Shown: piece by piece, positions 14,683-30,100 of the stretch
Layout: each line of letters begins with the position of its first letter
Position numbering within the stretch: the stretch's first letter is position 1
Source: Eledone cirrhosa
Taxonomy: Eukaryota
Assembly (NCBI GenBank): GCA_964016885.1
Contig: CAXHJY010000928.1
Span: 930,001 to 994,000 of the forward strand
Direction of reading: 5' to 3'
Length of the DNA: 64,000 bases
Notes under the pieces: generated by a model
The model's input: the letters and a program-made list of their open reading frames with translations, nothing else
Databases searched by the model: none
What the model was told of the DNA's origin: nothing
Position numbers and translations under genes: made by a program

Positions 14683-17600
14683 ACACTACATCTGATTCCT
14701 CTTATACCTAGTTTCTCTGTCAGTCCATCCATACACATCACATGTCTATACCAATAGAGTCTCCTCTCCTACACACTACATCTGATTCCTCTTATACCTA
14801 GTTTCTCTCCCAGTTCATCCATACACATCAAGTGTCTATACCAACACAGTCTCCTCTCCTACACACTACATCTGATTCCTCTTATACCTAGTTTCTCTGT
14901 CAGTCCATCCATACACATCACGTGTCTATACCAACACAGTCTCCTCTCCTACACACTACATCTGATTCCTCTTATACCTAGTTTCTCTCTCAGTTGATCC
15001 ACACACATCACATGTCTATACCAACACAGTCTCCTCTCCTACACACTACCTCTGATTCCTCTTATACCTAGTTTCTCTCTCCATCCATACACATCACATG
15101 TCTATACCAACACAGTCTCCCCTCCTACATCTGATTCCTCTTATACCTAGTTTCTCACTCAGTTCATCCATACACATCACATGTCTATACCAACAGTCTC
15201 CTCTCATACACACTACATCTGATTTCTATTATACCTAGTTACTCTCTCCATCCATACACATCACATGTCTATACCAACACAGTCTCCTCTCCTACATCTG
15301 ATTCCTCTTATACCTAGTTTCACTCTCAGTCCATCCATACACATCACATGTCTATACCAATACAGTCTCGTCTCCTACACACTACCTCTTATTCCTCTTA
15401 TACCTAGTTTCTCTCTCCATCCATACACATCACACGTCTATACCAACACAGTCTTCTCTCCTACACACTACATCTGATTCCTCTTATACCTAGTTTCTCT
15501 CTCAGTTCATCCATACACATCACATGTCTATACCAACACAGTCTCCTCTCCTACACACTACATCTGATTCCTCTTATACCTAGTTTCTTTCCCAGTTCAT
15601 CCATGCACATCACATGTCTATACCAACACAGTCTCCTCTCCTACACACTATATCTGATTCCTCTCTTACCTAGTTTCTCTCTCCATCCATACACATCACA
15701 TGTCTGTACCAACACAGTCTTCTCTCCTACACACTACATCTGATTCCTCTTATACCTAGTTTCTCTCCCAGTTCATCCTTACACATCACATGCCTATGCC
15801 AACACAGTCTCCTCTCCTACACACTACATCTGATTCCTCTTATACCTAGTTTCTCTGTCAGTCCATCCATACACATCTCGTGTCTATACCAACACAGTCT
15901 CCTCTCCTACACACTACATCTGATTCCTCTTATACCTAGTTTCTCTGTCAGTCCATCCATACACATCACATGTCTATACCAACACAGTCTCCTCTCCTAC
16001 ACACTACATCTGATTCCTCTTATAGCTAGTTTCTCTCTCAGTTCATCCACACACATCACATGTCTATACCAAGACAGTCTCCTCTCCTACACACTACATC
16101 TGATTCCTCTTATACCTAGTTTCTCTCTCCATCCATACACATCACATGTCTATACCAACACAGTCTCCTCTCATACACACTACATTTGATTCCTTTTCTA
16201 CCTAGTTTCTCTATCCATCCATACACATCACATGTCTATACCAACACAGTCTCCCCTCCTACATCTGATTTCTCTTAAACCTAGTTTCCCTCTCAGTCCA
16301 TCCATACACATCACATGTCTATACCAACACAGTCTCCTCTCCTACACACTACATCTGATTCCTCTTAAACCTAGTTTCCCTCTCAGTCCATCCATACACA
16401 TCACATGTCTATACCAACACAGTCTCCTCTCATACACACTACATCTGATTCCTCTTATACCTAGTTTCTCTCTCCATCCATACACATCACATGTCTATAT
16501 CAACACAGTCTCCCCTCCTACACACTATATCTGATTTCTCTTATACCTAGTTTCTCTGTCAGTCCATCCATACACATCACATGTTATATACCAACACAGT
16601 CTCCTCTCCTTCACACAACATCTGATTCCTCTTATACCTAGTTTCTCTGTCAGTTCATCCAAGCACATCACATGTCTATACCAACACAGTCTCCTCTCCT
16701 ACACACTACATCTGATTCCTCTTATACCTAGTTTCTCTCTCCATCCATACACATCACATGTCTATAACAACACAGTCTCCTCTCCTACACACTATATCTG
16801 ATTTCTCTTATACCTAGTTTCTCTGTCAGTCCATCCATACACATCACATGTCTATACCAACACAGTCCCCTCTCCTACACACTACATCTGATTCCTCTTA
16901 TACCTAGTTTCTCTCTCAGTCCATCCATACACATCCCATGTCTATACCAACAGTCTCCTCTCCTACACACTACATCTGATTCCTCTTATACCTAGTTTCT
17001 CTCTCAGTTCATCCATACACATCACATGTCTATACCAACACAGTCTCCTCTTCTACACACTATATCTGATTCCTCTTATACCTAGTTTCTCTCTCCATCC
17101 ATACACATCACATGTCTATACCAACACAGTCTCGTCTCCTACACACTACCTCTGATTCCTCTGATACCTTGTTTCTCTCTCCATCCATACGAATCACATG
17201 TCTATACCAACACAGTCTCCTCTCCTATATTTGATTCCTCTTATACCTAGTTTCTCTGTCTCTCCATCCATACACATCACACGTCTATACCAACACAGTC
17301 TTCTCTCCTACACACTACATCTGATTCCTCTTATCCCTTGTTTCTCTCTCAGTTCATCCATACACATCACATGTCTATACCAACACAGTCTCCTCTTCTA
17401 CACACTACATCTGATTCCTCTTATACCTAGTTTCTCTCTCCATCCATACACATCACATGTCTATACCAACACAGTCTCGTCTCCTACACACTACCTCTGA
17501 TTCCTCTGATACCTAGTTTCTCTCTCCATCCATATGAATCACATGTCTATACCAACACAGTCTCCTCTCCTATATTTGATTCCTCTTATACCTAGTTTCT

Positions 17601-20020
17601 CTGTCTCTCCATCCATACACATCACACGTCTATACCAACACAGTCTCCTCTCATACACACTACATCTGATTCCTCTTCTACCTAGTTTCTCTATCCATCC
17701 ATACACATCACATGTCTATACCAACACAGTCTCCCCTCCTACATCTGATTTCTCTTAAACCTAGTTTCCCTCTCAGTCCATCCATACACATCACATGTCT
17801 ATACCAACACAGTCTCCTCTACTACACACTACATCTGATTCCTCTTAAACCTAGTTTCCCTCTCAGTCCATCCATACACATCACATATCTATACCAACAC
17901 AGTCTCCTCTCCTACATCTGATTCCTCTTATACCTAGTTTCACTCTCAGTCCATCCATACACATCACATGTCTATACCAACACAGTCTCCTCTCCTTCAC
18001 ACTACATCTGATTCCTCTTATACCTAGTTTCTCTCCCAGTTCATCCATGCACATCGCATGTCTATACCAACACAGTCTTCTCTCCTACACACTACATCTG
18101 ATTCCTCTTATACCTAGTTTCTATCTCCATCCATACACATCACATGTCTATACCAACACAGTCTCCTCTCATACACACTACATCTGATTCCTTTTCTACC
18201 TAGTTTCTCTATCCATCCATACACATCACATGTCTATACCAACACAGTCTCCCCTCCTACATCTGATTTCTCTTAAACCTAGTTTCCCTCTCAGTCCATC
18301 CATACACATCACATGTCTATACCAACACAGTCTCCTCTCCTACACACTACATCTGATTCCTCTTAAACCTAGTTTCCCTCTCAGTCCATCCATACACATT
18401 ACATGTCTATACCAACACAGTCTCCTCTCATACACACTACATCTGATTCCTCTTATACCTAGTTTCTCTCTCCATCCATACACATCACATGTCTATATCA
18501 ACACAGTCTCCCCTCCTACATCTGATTTCTCTTATACCTAGTTTCTCTCTCCATCCATACACATCACATGTCTATACCAACACAGTCTCCTCTCCTTCAC
18601 ACTACATCTGATTCCTCTTATACCTAGTTTCTCTGTCAGTTCATCCAAGCACATCACATGTCTATACCAACACAGTCTCTTCTCCTACACACTACATCTG
18701 ATTCCTCTTATACCTAGTTTCTCTCTCCATCCATACACATCACATGTCTATAACAACACAGTCTCCTCTCCTACACACTATATCTGATTTCTCTTATACC
18801 TAGTTTCTCTGTCAGTTCATCCAAGCACATCACATGTCTATACCAACACAGTCTCTTCTCCTACACACTACATCTGATTCCTCTTATACCTAGTTTCTCT
18901 CTCCATCCATACACATCACATGTCTATAACAACACAGTCTCCTCTCCTACACACTATATCTGATTTCTCTTATACCTAGTTTCTCTGTCAGTCCATCCAT
19001 ACACATCACATGTCTATACCAACACAGTCCCCTCTCCTACACACTACATCTGATTCCTCTTATACCTAGTTTCTCTCTCAGTCCATCCATACACATCCCA
19101 TGTCTATACCAACAGTCTCCTCTCCTACACACTACATCTGATTCCTCTTATACCTAGTTTCTCTCTCAGTTCATCCATACACATCACATGTCTATACCAA
19201 CACAGTCTCCTCTTCTACACACTACATCTGATTCCTCTTATACCTAGTTTCTCTCTCCATCCATACACATCTCATGTCTATACCAACACAGTCTCGTCTC
19301 CTACACACTACCTCTGATTCCTCTGATACCTAGTTTCTCTCTCCATCCATACGAATCACATGTCTATACCAACACAGTCTCCTCTCCTATATTTGATTCC
19401 TCTTATACCTAGTTTCTCTGTCTCTCCATCCATACACATCACACGTCTATACCAACACAGTCTTCTCTCCTACACACTACATCTGATTCCTCTTATCCCT
19501 AGTTTCTCTCTCAGTTCATCCATACACATCACATGTCTATACCAAGACAGTCTCCTCTTCTACACACTACATCTGATTCCTCTTATACCTAGTTTCTCTC
19601 TCCATCCATACACATCACATGTCTATACCAACACAGTCTCGTCTCCTACACACTACCTCTGATTCCTCTGATACCTAGTTTCTCTCTCCATCAATACGAA
19701 TCACATGTCTATACCAACACAGTCTCCTCTCCTATATTTGATTCCTCTTATACCTAGTTTCTCTGTCTCTCCATCCATACACATCACACGTCTATACCAA
19801 CACAGTCTCCTCTCATACACACTACACCTGATTTCTCTTAAACCTAGTTTCCCTCTCAGTCCATCCATACACATCACATGTCTATACCAACACAGTCTCC
19901 TCTACTACACACTACATCTGATTCCTCTTAAACCTAGTTTCCCTCTCAGTCCATCCATACACATCACATGTCTATACCAACACAGTCTCCTCTCCTACAT
20001 CTGATTCCTCTGATACCTAG
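14683..20020 (+). repeat. Segmental paralog (copy B) of ~1-5090
   Basis: It carries the same ordered rare markers as 1-5090 (CATCAAGTG, GTTGATCC, TTTCTATTATACCTAGTTAC, CTGTACC, ATGAATCAC, CAATACGAATC), with whole-monomer indels between the copies. Confidence 0.8.
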
Positions 20021-23000
20021 TTTCACTCTCAGTCCATCCATACACATCACATGTCTATACCAACACAGTCTCCTCTCCTTCACACTACATCTGATTCCTC
20101 TTATACCTAGTTTCTCTCCCAGTTCATCCATGCACATCACATGTCTATACCAACACAGTCTTCTCTCCTACACACTACATCTGATTCCTCTTATACCTAG
20201 TTTCTCTCTCAGCTCATCCATACACATCACATGTCTATACCAACACAGTCTCGTCTCCTACACACTACCTCTCATTCCTCTTATACCTAGTTTCTCTCTC
20301 CATCCATACACATCACACGTCTATACCAACACAGTCTTCTCTCCTACACACTACATCTGATTCCTCTTATACCTAGTTTCTCTCTCAGTCCATCCATACA
20401 CATCACATGTCTATACCAACACAGTCTCCTCTCCTACACACTACATCTGATTCCTCTTATACCTAGTTTCTCTCTCAGTTCATCCATACACATCACATGT
20501 CTATACCAACAGAGTCTCCTCTCCTACACACTACATCCGATTCCTCTTATACCTAGTTTCTCTCTCAGTTCATGCATTCACATCACATGTCTATACCAAT
20601 ACAGTCTTCTCTCCTACACACTACATTTGATTCCTCTTATACCTAGTTTCTCTCCCAGTTCATCCTTAAACATCACATGCCTATACCAACACAGTCTCCT
20701 CTCCTACACACTATCTCTGATTCCTCTTATACCTAGTTTCTTTGTCAGTCCATCCATACACATCTCGTGTCTATACCAACACAGTCCCCTCCCCTACACA
20801 CTACATCTGATTCCTCTTATACCTAGTTTCTCTCTCAGTTCATCCATACACATCACATGTCTATACCAACAGTCTCCTCTCCTACACACTACATCTGATT
20901 CCTCTTATACCTAGTTTCTTTCCCAGTTCATCCATACACATCACATATCTATACCAACACAGTCTCCTCTCCTACACACTATATCTGATTCCTCTCTTAC
21001 CTAGTTTCTCTCTCCATCCATACACATCACATGTCTATACCAACACAGTCTTCTCTCCTACACACTACATCTGATTCCTCTTATACCTAGTTTCTCTCCC
21101 AGTTCATCCTTACACATCACATGCCTATGCCAACACAGACTCCTCTCCTACACACTACCTCTGATTCCTCTTATACCTAGTTTCTCTGTCAGTCCATCCA
21201 TACACATCACATGTCTATACCAACACAGTCTCCTCTCCTACACACTACATCTGATTCCTCTTATACCTAGTTTCTCTGTCAGTCCATCCATACACATCAC
21301 GTGTCTATACCAACAGAGTCTCCTACCCTACACACTACATCTGATACCTCTTATACCTAGTTTCTCTCCCAGTTCAACCACACACATCACATGTCTATAC
21401 CAACACAGTCTCCTCTCCTACACACTACATCTGATTCCTCTTATACCTAGTTTCTCTCTCCATCCATACACATCACATGTCTATACCAACACAGTCTCCC
21501 CTCCTACATCTGATTTCTCTTAAACCTAGTTTCCCTCTCAATCCATCCATACACATCACATGTCTATACTAACACAGTCTCCTCTCCTACACACTACATC
21601 TGATTCCTCTTAAACCTAGTTTCCCTCTCAGTCCATCCATACATATCACATGTCTATACCAACACAGTCTCCTCTCATACACACTACATCTGATTCCTCT
21701 TATACCTAGTTTCTCTCTCCATCCATACACATCACATGTCTATATCAACACAGTCTCCCCTCCTACATCTGATTGCTCTTATACCTAGTTTCTCTCTCAG
21801 TTCATCCATACACATCACATGTTTATACCAACAGTCTCCTCTCATACACACTACATCTGATTTCTCTTATACCTAGTTTCTCTCTCCATCCATACACATC
21901 ACATGTCTATACCAACACAGTCTCCACTCCTACACACTACATCTGATTCCTCTTATACCTAGTTTCTCTCTCAGTCCATCCATACACATCACATGTTATA
22001 TACCAACACAGTCTCCTCTCCTTCACACTACATCTGATTCCTCTTATACCTATTTTCTCTGTCAGTTCATCCAAGCACATCACATGTCTATACCAACACA
22101 GTCTCCTCTCATACACACTACATCTGATTCCTCTTATACCTAGTTTCTCTCTCCATCCATACACATCACATGTCTATAACAACACAGTCTCCCCTCCTAC
22201 ATCTGATTTCTCTTAAACCTAGTTTCCCTCTCAGTCCATCCATACACATCACATGTCTATACCAACACAGTCTCCTCTCCTACACACTACATCTGATTCC
22301 TCTTAAACCTAGTTTCCCTCTCAGTCCATCCATACACATCACATGTCTATACCAACACAGTCTCCTCTCATACACACTACATCTGATTCCTCTTATACCT
22401 AGTTTCTCTCTCCATCCATACACATCACATGTCTATAACAACACAGTCTCCTCTCCTACACACTATATCTGATTTCGCTTATACCTAGTTTCTCTGTCAG
22501 TCCATCCATACACATCACATGTCTATACCAACACAGTCCCCTCTCCTACACACTACATCTGATTCCTCTTATACCTAGTTTCTCTCTCAGTCCATCCATA
22601 CACATCCCATGTCTATACCAACAGTCTCCTCTCCTACACACTACATCTGATTCCTCTTATACCTAGTTTCTCTCTCAGTTCATCCATACACATCACATGT
22701 CTATACCAACACAGTCTCCTCTTCTACACACTACATCTGATTCCTCTTATACCTAGTTTCTCTCTCCATCCATACACATCACATGTCTATACCAACACAG
22801 TCTCCTCTCCTACACACTACCTCTGATTCCTCTGATACCTAGTTTCTCTCTCCATCCATACGAATCACATGTCTATACCAACACAGTCTCCTCTCCTATA
22901 TTTGATTCCTCTTATACCTAGTTTCTCTGTCTCTCCATCCATACACATCACACGTCTATACCAACACAGTCTCCACTCCTACACACTACATCTGATTCCT

Positions 23001-24199
23001 CTTATACCTAGTTTCTCTCTCAGTCCATCCATACACATCACATGTTATATACCAACACAGTCTCCTCTCCTTCACACTACATCTGATTCCTCTTATACCT
23101 ATTTTCTCTGTCAGTTCATCCAAGCACATCACATGTCTATACCAACACAGTCTCCTCTCATACACACTACATCTGATTCCTCTTATACCTAGTTTCTCTC
23201 TCCATCCATACACATCACATGTCTATAACAACACAGTCTCCTCTCCTACACACTATATCTGATTTCGCTTATACCTAGTTTCTCTCTCAGTCCATCCATA
23301 CACATCACATGTCTATACCAACGCAGTCTCCTCTCCTACACTCTACATCTGATTCCTCTTATACCTAGTTTCTCTCTCAGTCCATCCATACACATCACAT
23401 AACTATACCAACACAGTCTCCTCTCCTAGATCTGATTCCTCTTATACCTAGTTCCTCTCTCAGTCCATCCATACACATCACATGTCTATACCAACACAGT
23501 CTCCTCTCCTTCACACTACATCTGATTCCTCTCATACCTAGTTTCTCTCCCAGTTCATCCGTGCAGATCACATGTCTATACCAACACAGTCTGCTCTCCT
23601 ACACACTACATCTGATTCCTCTTATACCTAGTTTCTCTCTCAGCTCATCCATACACATCACATGTTTATACCAACACAGTCTCGTCTCCTACACACTACC
23701 TCTGATTCCTCTTATACCTAGTTTCTCTCTCCATCCATACGCATCACATGTCTATACCAACAGTCTCCTCTCCTATATTTGATTCCTCTTATACCTAGTT
23801 TCTCTCTCTCTCCATCCATACACATCACAAGTCTATACCAACACAGTCTTCTCTCCTACACACTACATCTGATTCCTCTTATACCTAGTTTCTCTCCCAG
23901 TTCATCCATACACATCACATGTCTATACCAACACAGTCTTCTCTCCTACACACTACATCTGATACCTCTTATACCTAGTTTCTCTCTCAGTCCATCCATA
24001 CACATCACATGTCTATACCAACACAGTCTCCTCTCCTACACACTACATCTGATTCCTCTTATACCTAGTTTGTCTAGCAGTTCATCCATACACATCACAT
24101 GTCTATACCAACACAGTCTCGTCTCCTACACACTACCTGTGATTCCTCTTATACCTAGTTTCTCTCTCCATCCATACGCATCACATGTCTATACCAATA

Positions 24200-27100
24200 C
24201 AGTCTCCTCTCCTACACACTACATGTGATTCCTCTTATACCTAGTTTCTCTCCCAGTTCATTCATACACATCACATGTCTATACCAACACAGTCTCCTCT
24301 CCTACACACTACATCTGATTCCTCTTATACCTAGTTTCTCTCTCCATCCATACACATCGCATGTCTATACCAACACAGTCTCCTCTCCTACACTCTACAT
24401 CTGATTCCTCTTATACCTAGTTTCTCTCCCAGTTCATTCATACACATCAGATGTCTATACCAACACAGTCTCCTCTCCTACACACTACATCTGATTCCTC
24501 TTATACCTAGTTTCTCTCTCCATCCATACACATTGCATGTCTATACCAACACAGTCTCCTCTCCTACACTCTACATCTGATTCCTCTCATACCTAGTCTC
24601 TCTCTCAGTTCATCCATACACATCACGTGTCTATACCAACACAGTCTTCTCTCCCACGCACTACATCTGATTCCTCTTATACCTACTTTCTCTCCCAGTT
24701 CATCCATACACATCACATGTCTATACCAACACAGTCTCCCCTCCTACATCTGATTCCTCTTATACCTAGTTTCTCTCTCAGTCCATCCATACACATCACA
24801 TGTCTATACCAACACAGTCTCCCCTCCTACATCTGATTCCTCTTATACCTAGTTTCTCTCTCAGTTCATCCATACACATCACATGTCTATACCAACACAG
24901 TCTCCTCTCCTAAACACTACATCTGATCCCTCTTATACCTAGTTTCTCTCTCCATCCATACACATTGCATGTCTATACCAACACAGTCTCCTCTCCTACA
25001 CACTACATCTGATTCCTCTTATACCTAGTTTCTCTCTCCATCCATACACATCACATGTCTATACCAATACAGTCTCCTCTCCTACACACTACATCTGATT
25101 CCTCTTATACCTAGTTTCTCTCCCAGTTCATTCATACACATCACATGTCTATACCAACACAGTCTCCTCTCCTACACACTACATCTGATCCCTCTTATAC
25201 CTAGTTTCTCTCTCCATCCATACACATCGCATGTCTATACCAACACAGTCTCCTCTCCTACACTCAACATCTGATTCCTCTTATACCTAGTTTCTCTCCC
25301 AGTTCATCCATACACATCACATGTCTATACCAACACAGTCTCCTCTCCTACACACTACATCTGATTCCTCTCATACCTAGTTTCTCTCTCCATCCATACA
25401 CATCACATGTCTATACCAATACAGTCTCCTCTCCTACACACTACATCTGATTCCTCTTATACCTAGTTTCTCTCCCAGTTCATCCATACACATCACATGT
25501 CTATACCAACACAGTCTCCTCTCCTACACACTATACCTGATTCCTCTTATACCTAGTTTCTCTCTCCATCCATACACATCGCATGTCTATACCAACACAG
25601 TCTCCTCTCCTACACACTACATCTGATTCCTCTTCTACCTTATTTCTCTATCCATCCATACACATCACATGTCTATACCAATAGAGTCTCCTCTCCTACA
25701 CACTACATCTGATTCCTCTTATACCTAGTTTCTCTCTCCATCCATACACATCAAATGCCTATACCAACACAATCTCTTCTCCTACGCACTACATCTGATT
25801 CCTCTTCTAACTAGTTTCTCTCTCAGTTCATCCATACACATCACACGTCTATACCAACACAGTCTCCTATCCTACACTCTACATCTGATTCCTCTTATAC
25901 CTAGTTTCTCTCTCAGTTCATCCATACACATCACATGTCTATACCAACAGTCTCCTCTCATACACACTACATCTGATTTCTCTTATACCTAGTTTCTCTC
26001 TCAGTCCATCCATACACATCACATGCCTATACCAACACAATCTCTTCTCCTACGCACTACATCAGATTCCTCTTCTAACTAGTTTCTCTCTCAGTTCATC
26101 CATACACATCACACGTCTATACCAACACAGTCTCTTCTCCTACACACTACATCTGATTCCTCTTATCCCTAGTTTCTCTCCCAGTTCATCCATACACATC
26201 ACATGTCTATACCAACACAGTCTCCTCTCCTACACACTACATCTGATTCCTCTTCTACCTAGTTTTTCTATCCATCCATACACATCACATGTCTATACCA
26301 ACGCAGTCTCCTCTCCTACACACTACATCTGATTCCTCTTATACCTAGTTTCTCTCTCAGTCCATCCATACCCATCACATAACTATACCAACACAGTCTC
26401 CTCTCCTACATCTGATTCCTCTGATACCTAGTTTCTCTCTCAGTGCATCCATACACATCACATGTCTATACCAACACAGTCTCCTCTCCTTCACACTACA
26501 TCTGATTCCTCTTATACCTAGTTTCTCTCCCAGTTCATCCATGCACATCACATGTATATACCAACACAGTCTCCTCTCCTACACTCTACATCTGATTCCT
26601 CTTATACCTAGTTTCTCTCCCAGTTCATCCATACACATCACATGTCTATACCAACACAGTCTCCTATCCTACACACTACATCTGATCCCTCTTATACCTT
26701 GTTTCTCTCTCCATCCATACACATCGCATGTCTATACCAACACAGTCTGCTCTCCTACACTCTACATCTGATTCCTCTTATACCTAGTTTCTCTCCCAGT
26801 TCATCCATACACATCACATGTCTATAACAACACAGTCTCCCTTCCTACACACTACATCTGATTCCTCTTATACCTAGTTTCTCTCTCCATCCATACACAT
26901 CACATGTCTATACCAACACAGTCTCCTCTCCTACACACTACATCTGATTCCTCTTATACCTAGTTTCTCTGTCAGTCCATCCATACACATCACATGTCTC
27001 TACCAACACAGTCTCCTCTCCTACACACTACATCTGATTCCTCTCATACCTAGTTTCTCTCTCAGTTCATCCATACACATCACATGTCTATACCAATAGA

Positions 27101-30100
27101 GTCTCCTCTCCTACACACTACATCTGATTCCTCTTATATCTAGTTTCCCTCTCAGTTCATCCATACACATCACACGTTTATACCAACACTGTGTCCTCTC
27201 CTACACACTACATCTGATTCCTCTTCTACCTTATTTCTCTATCCATCCATACACATCACATGTCTATACCAATAGAGTCTCCTCTCCTACACACTACATC
27301 TGATTCCTCTTATACCTAGTTTCTCTCTCCATCCATACACATCGCATGTCTATACCAACACTGTCTCCTCTCCTACACTCTACATCTGATTCCTCTTATA
27401 CCTAGTTTCTCTACCAGTTCATTCATACACATAACATGTCTATACCGACACAGTCTCCTCTCCAACACACTACATCTGATTCCTCTCATACCTAGTTTCT
27501 CTCTCAGTTCATCCATACACATCACATGTCTATACCAACGCAGTCTCCTCTCCTACACACTACATCTTATTCCTCTTATATCTAGTTTCCCTCTCAGTTC
27601 ATCCATACACATCACACGTTTATACCAACACTGTGTCCTCTCCTACACACTACATCTGATTCCTCTTCTACCTTATTTCTCTATCCATCCATACACATCA
27701 CATGTCTATACCGATACAGTGTCCTCTCCTACACACTACATTTGATTCCTCTTATACCTAGTTTCTCTCTCAGTTCATCCATACACATCACATGTCTATA
27801 CCAATAGAGTCTCCTCTCCTACACACTACATCTGATTCCTATTATACCTAGTTTCTCTCTTCATCCATACACATCGCATGTCTATACCAACACTGTCTCC
27901 TCTCCTACACTCTACATCTGATTCCTCTTATACCTAGTTTCTCTACCAGTTCATTCATACACATAACATGTCTATACCGACACAGTCTCCTCTCCTACAC
28001 ACTACATCTGATTCCACTTATACCTAGTTTCTCTCTCCATCCATACACATCACATGTCTATACCAACACAGTCTCCTCTCCTACACTCTACATCTGATTC
28101 CTCTTATACCTAGTTTCTCTCCCAGTTCATTCATACACATCACATGTCTATACCAACACAGTCTCCTCTCCTACACACTACATCTGATCCCTCTTATACC
28201 TAGTTTCTCTCTCCATCCATACACATCGCATGTCTATACCAACACAGTCTCCTCTCCTACACTCTACATCTGATTCCTCTTATACCTAGTTTCTCTCCCA
28301 GTTCATCCATACACATCACATATCTATACCAACACAGTCTCCTCTCCTACACACTACATCTGATTCCTCTTATACCTAGTTTCTCTCTCCATCCATACAC
28401 ATCAAATGCCTATACCAACACAATCTCTTCTCCTACGCACTACATCTGATTCCTCTTCTAACTAGTTTCTCTCTCAGTTCATCCATACACATCACACGTC
28501 TATACCAACACAGTCTCCTATCCTACACTCTACATCTGATTCCTCTTATACCTAGTTTCTCTCTCAGTTCATCCATACACATCACATGTCTATACCAACA
28601 GTCTCCTCTCATACACACTACATCTGATTTCTCTTATACCTAGTTTCTCTCTCAGTCCATCCATACACATCACATGCCTATACCAACACAATCTCTTCTC
28701 CTACGCACTACATCAGATTCCTCTTCTAACTAGTTTCTCTCTCAGTTCATCCATACACATCACACGTCTATACCAACACAGTCTCTTCTCCTACACACTA
28801 CATCTGATTCCTCTTATCCCTAGTTTCTCTCCCAGTTCATCCATACACATCACATGTCTATACCAACACAGTCTCCTCTCCTACACACTACATCTGATTC
28901 CTCTTCTACCTAGTTTTTCTATCCATCCATACACATCACATGTCTATACCAACGCAGTCTCCTCTCCTACACACTACATCTGATTCCTCTTATACCTAGT
29001 TTCTCTCTCAGTCCATCCATACCCATCACATAACTATACCAACACAGTCTCCTCTCCTACATCTGATTCCTCTGATACCTAGTTTCTCTCTCAGTGCATC
29101 CATACACATCACATGTCTATACCAACACAGTCTCCTCTCCTTCACACTACATCTGATTCCTCTTATACCTAGTTTCTCTCCCAGTTCATCCATGCACATC
29201 ACATGTATATACCAACACAGTCTCCTCTCCTACACTCTACATCTGATTCCTCTTATACCTAGTTTCTCTCCCAGTTCATCCATACACATCACATGTCTAT
29301 ACCAACACAGTCTCCTATCCTACACACTACATCTGATCCCTCTTATACCTAGTTTCTCTCTCCATCCATACACATCGCATGTCTATACCAACACAGTCTC
29401 CTCTCCTACACTCTACGTCTGATTCCTCTTATACCTAGTTTCTCTCTCCATCCATACACATCGCATGTCTATACCAACACAGTCTCCTCTCCTACACACT
29501 ACATCTGATTCCTCTGATACCTAGTTTCTCTCCCAGTTCATCCATGCACATCACATGTCTATACCAACACAGTCTCCTCTCCTACACTCTACATCTGATT
29601 CCTCTTATACCTAGTTTCTCTCCCAGTTCATCCATACACATCACATGTCTATACCAACACAGTCTCCCTTCCTACACACTACATCTGATTCCTCTTATAC
29701 CTAGTTTCTCTCTCCATCCATACACATCACATGTCTATACCAACACAGTCTCCTCTCCTACACACTACATCTGATTCCTCTTATACCTAGTTTCTCTGTC
29801 AGTCCATCCATACACATCACATGTCTCTACCAACACAGTCTCCTCTCCTACACACTACATCTGATTCCTCTCATACCTAGTTTCTCTCTCAGTTCATCCA
29901 TACACATCACATGTCTATACCAACGCAGTCTCCTCTCCTACACACTACATCTGATTCCTCTTATATCTAGTTTCCCTCTCAGTTCATCCATACACATCAC
30001 ACGTTTATACCACCACTGTGTCCTCTCCTACACACTACATCTGATTCCTCTTCTACCTTATTTCTCTATCCATCCATACACATCACATGTCTATACTAAT

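Larger units (their letters stand above)
1..24200 (+). repeat. Satellite domain I: mosaic of multi-monomer cassettes
   Basis: Markers confined to or concentrated here are CCAAGCAC (2668, 3976, 8186, 16659, 18645, 18821, 22071, 23120), the 91-bp TGTTATATACC variant, CATCCCATG, GAATCAC, and paired CTCTTAAACCTAGTTTCCCTC monomers. The right boundary is approximate. Confidence 0.8.

Noticed and set aside
2282-23213. Minus-strand ORFs at 2282-2494, 21937-22164 and 22986-23213
   Set aside because: These are short chance read-throughs of repeat variants that remove a stop codon, and they contain no recognisable domain.
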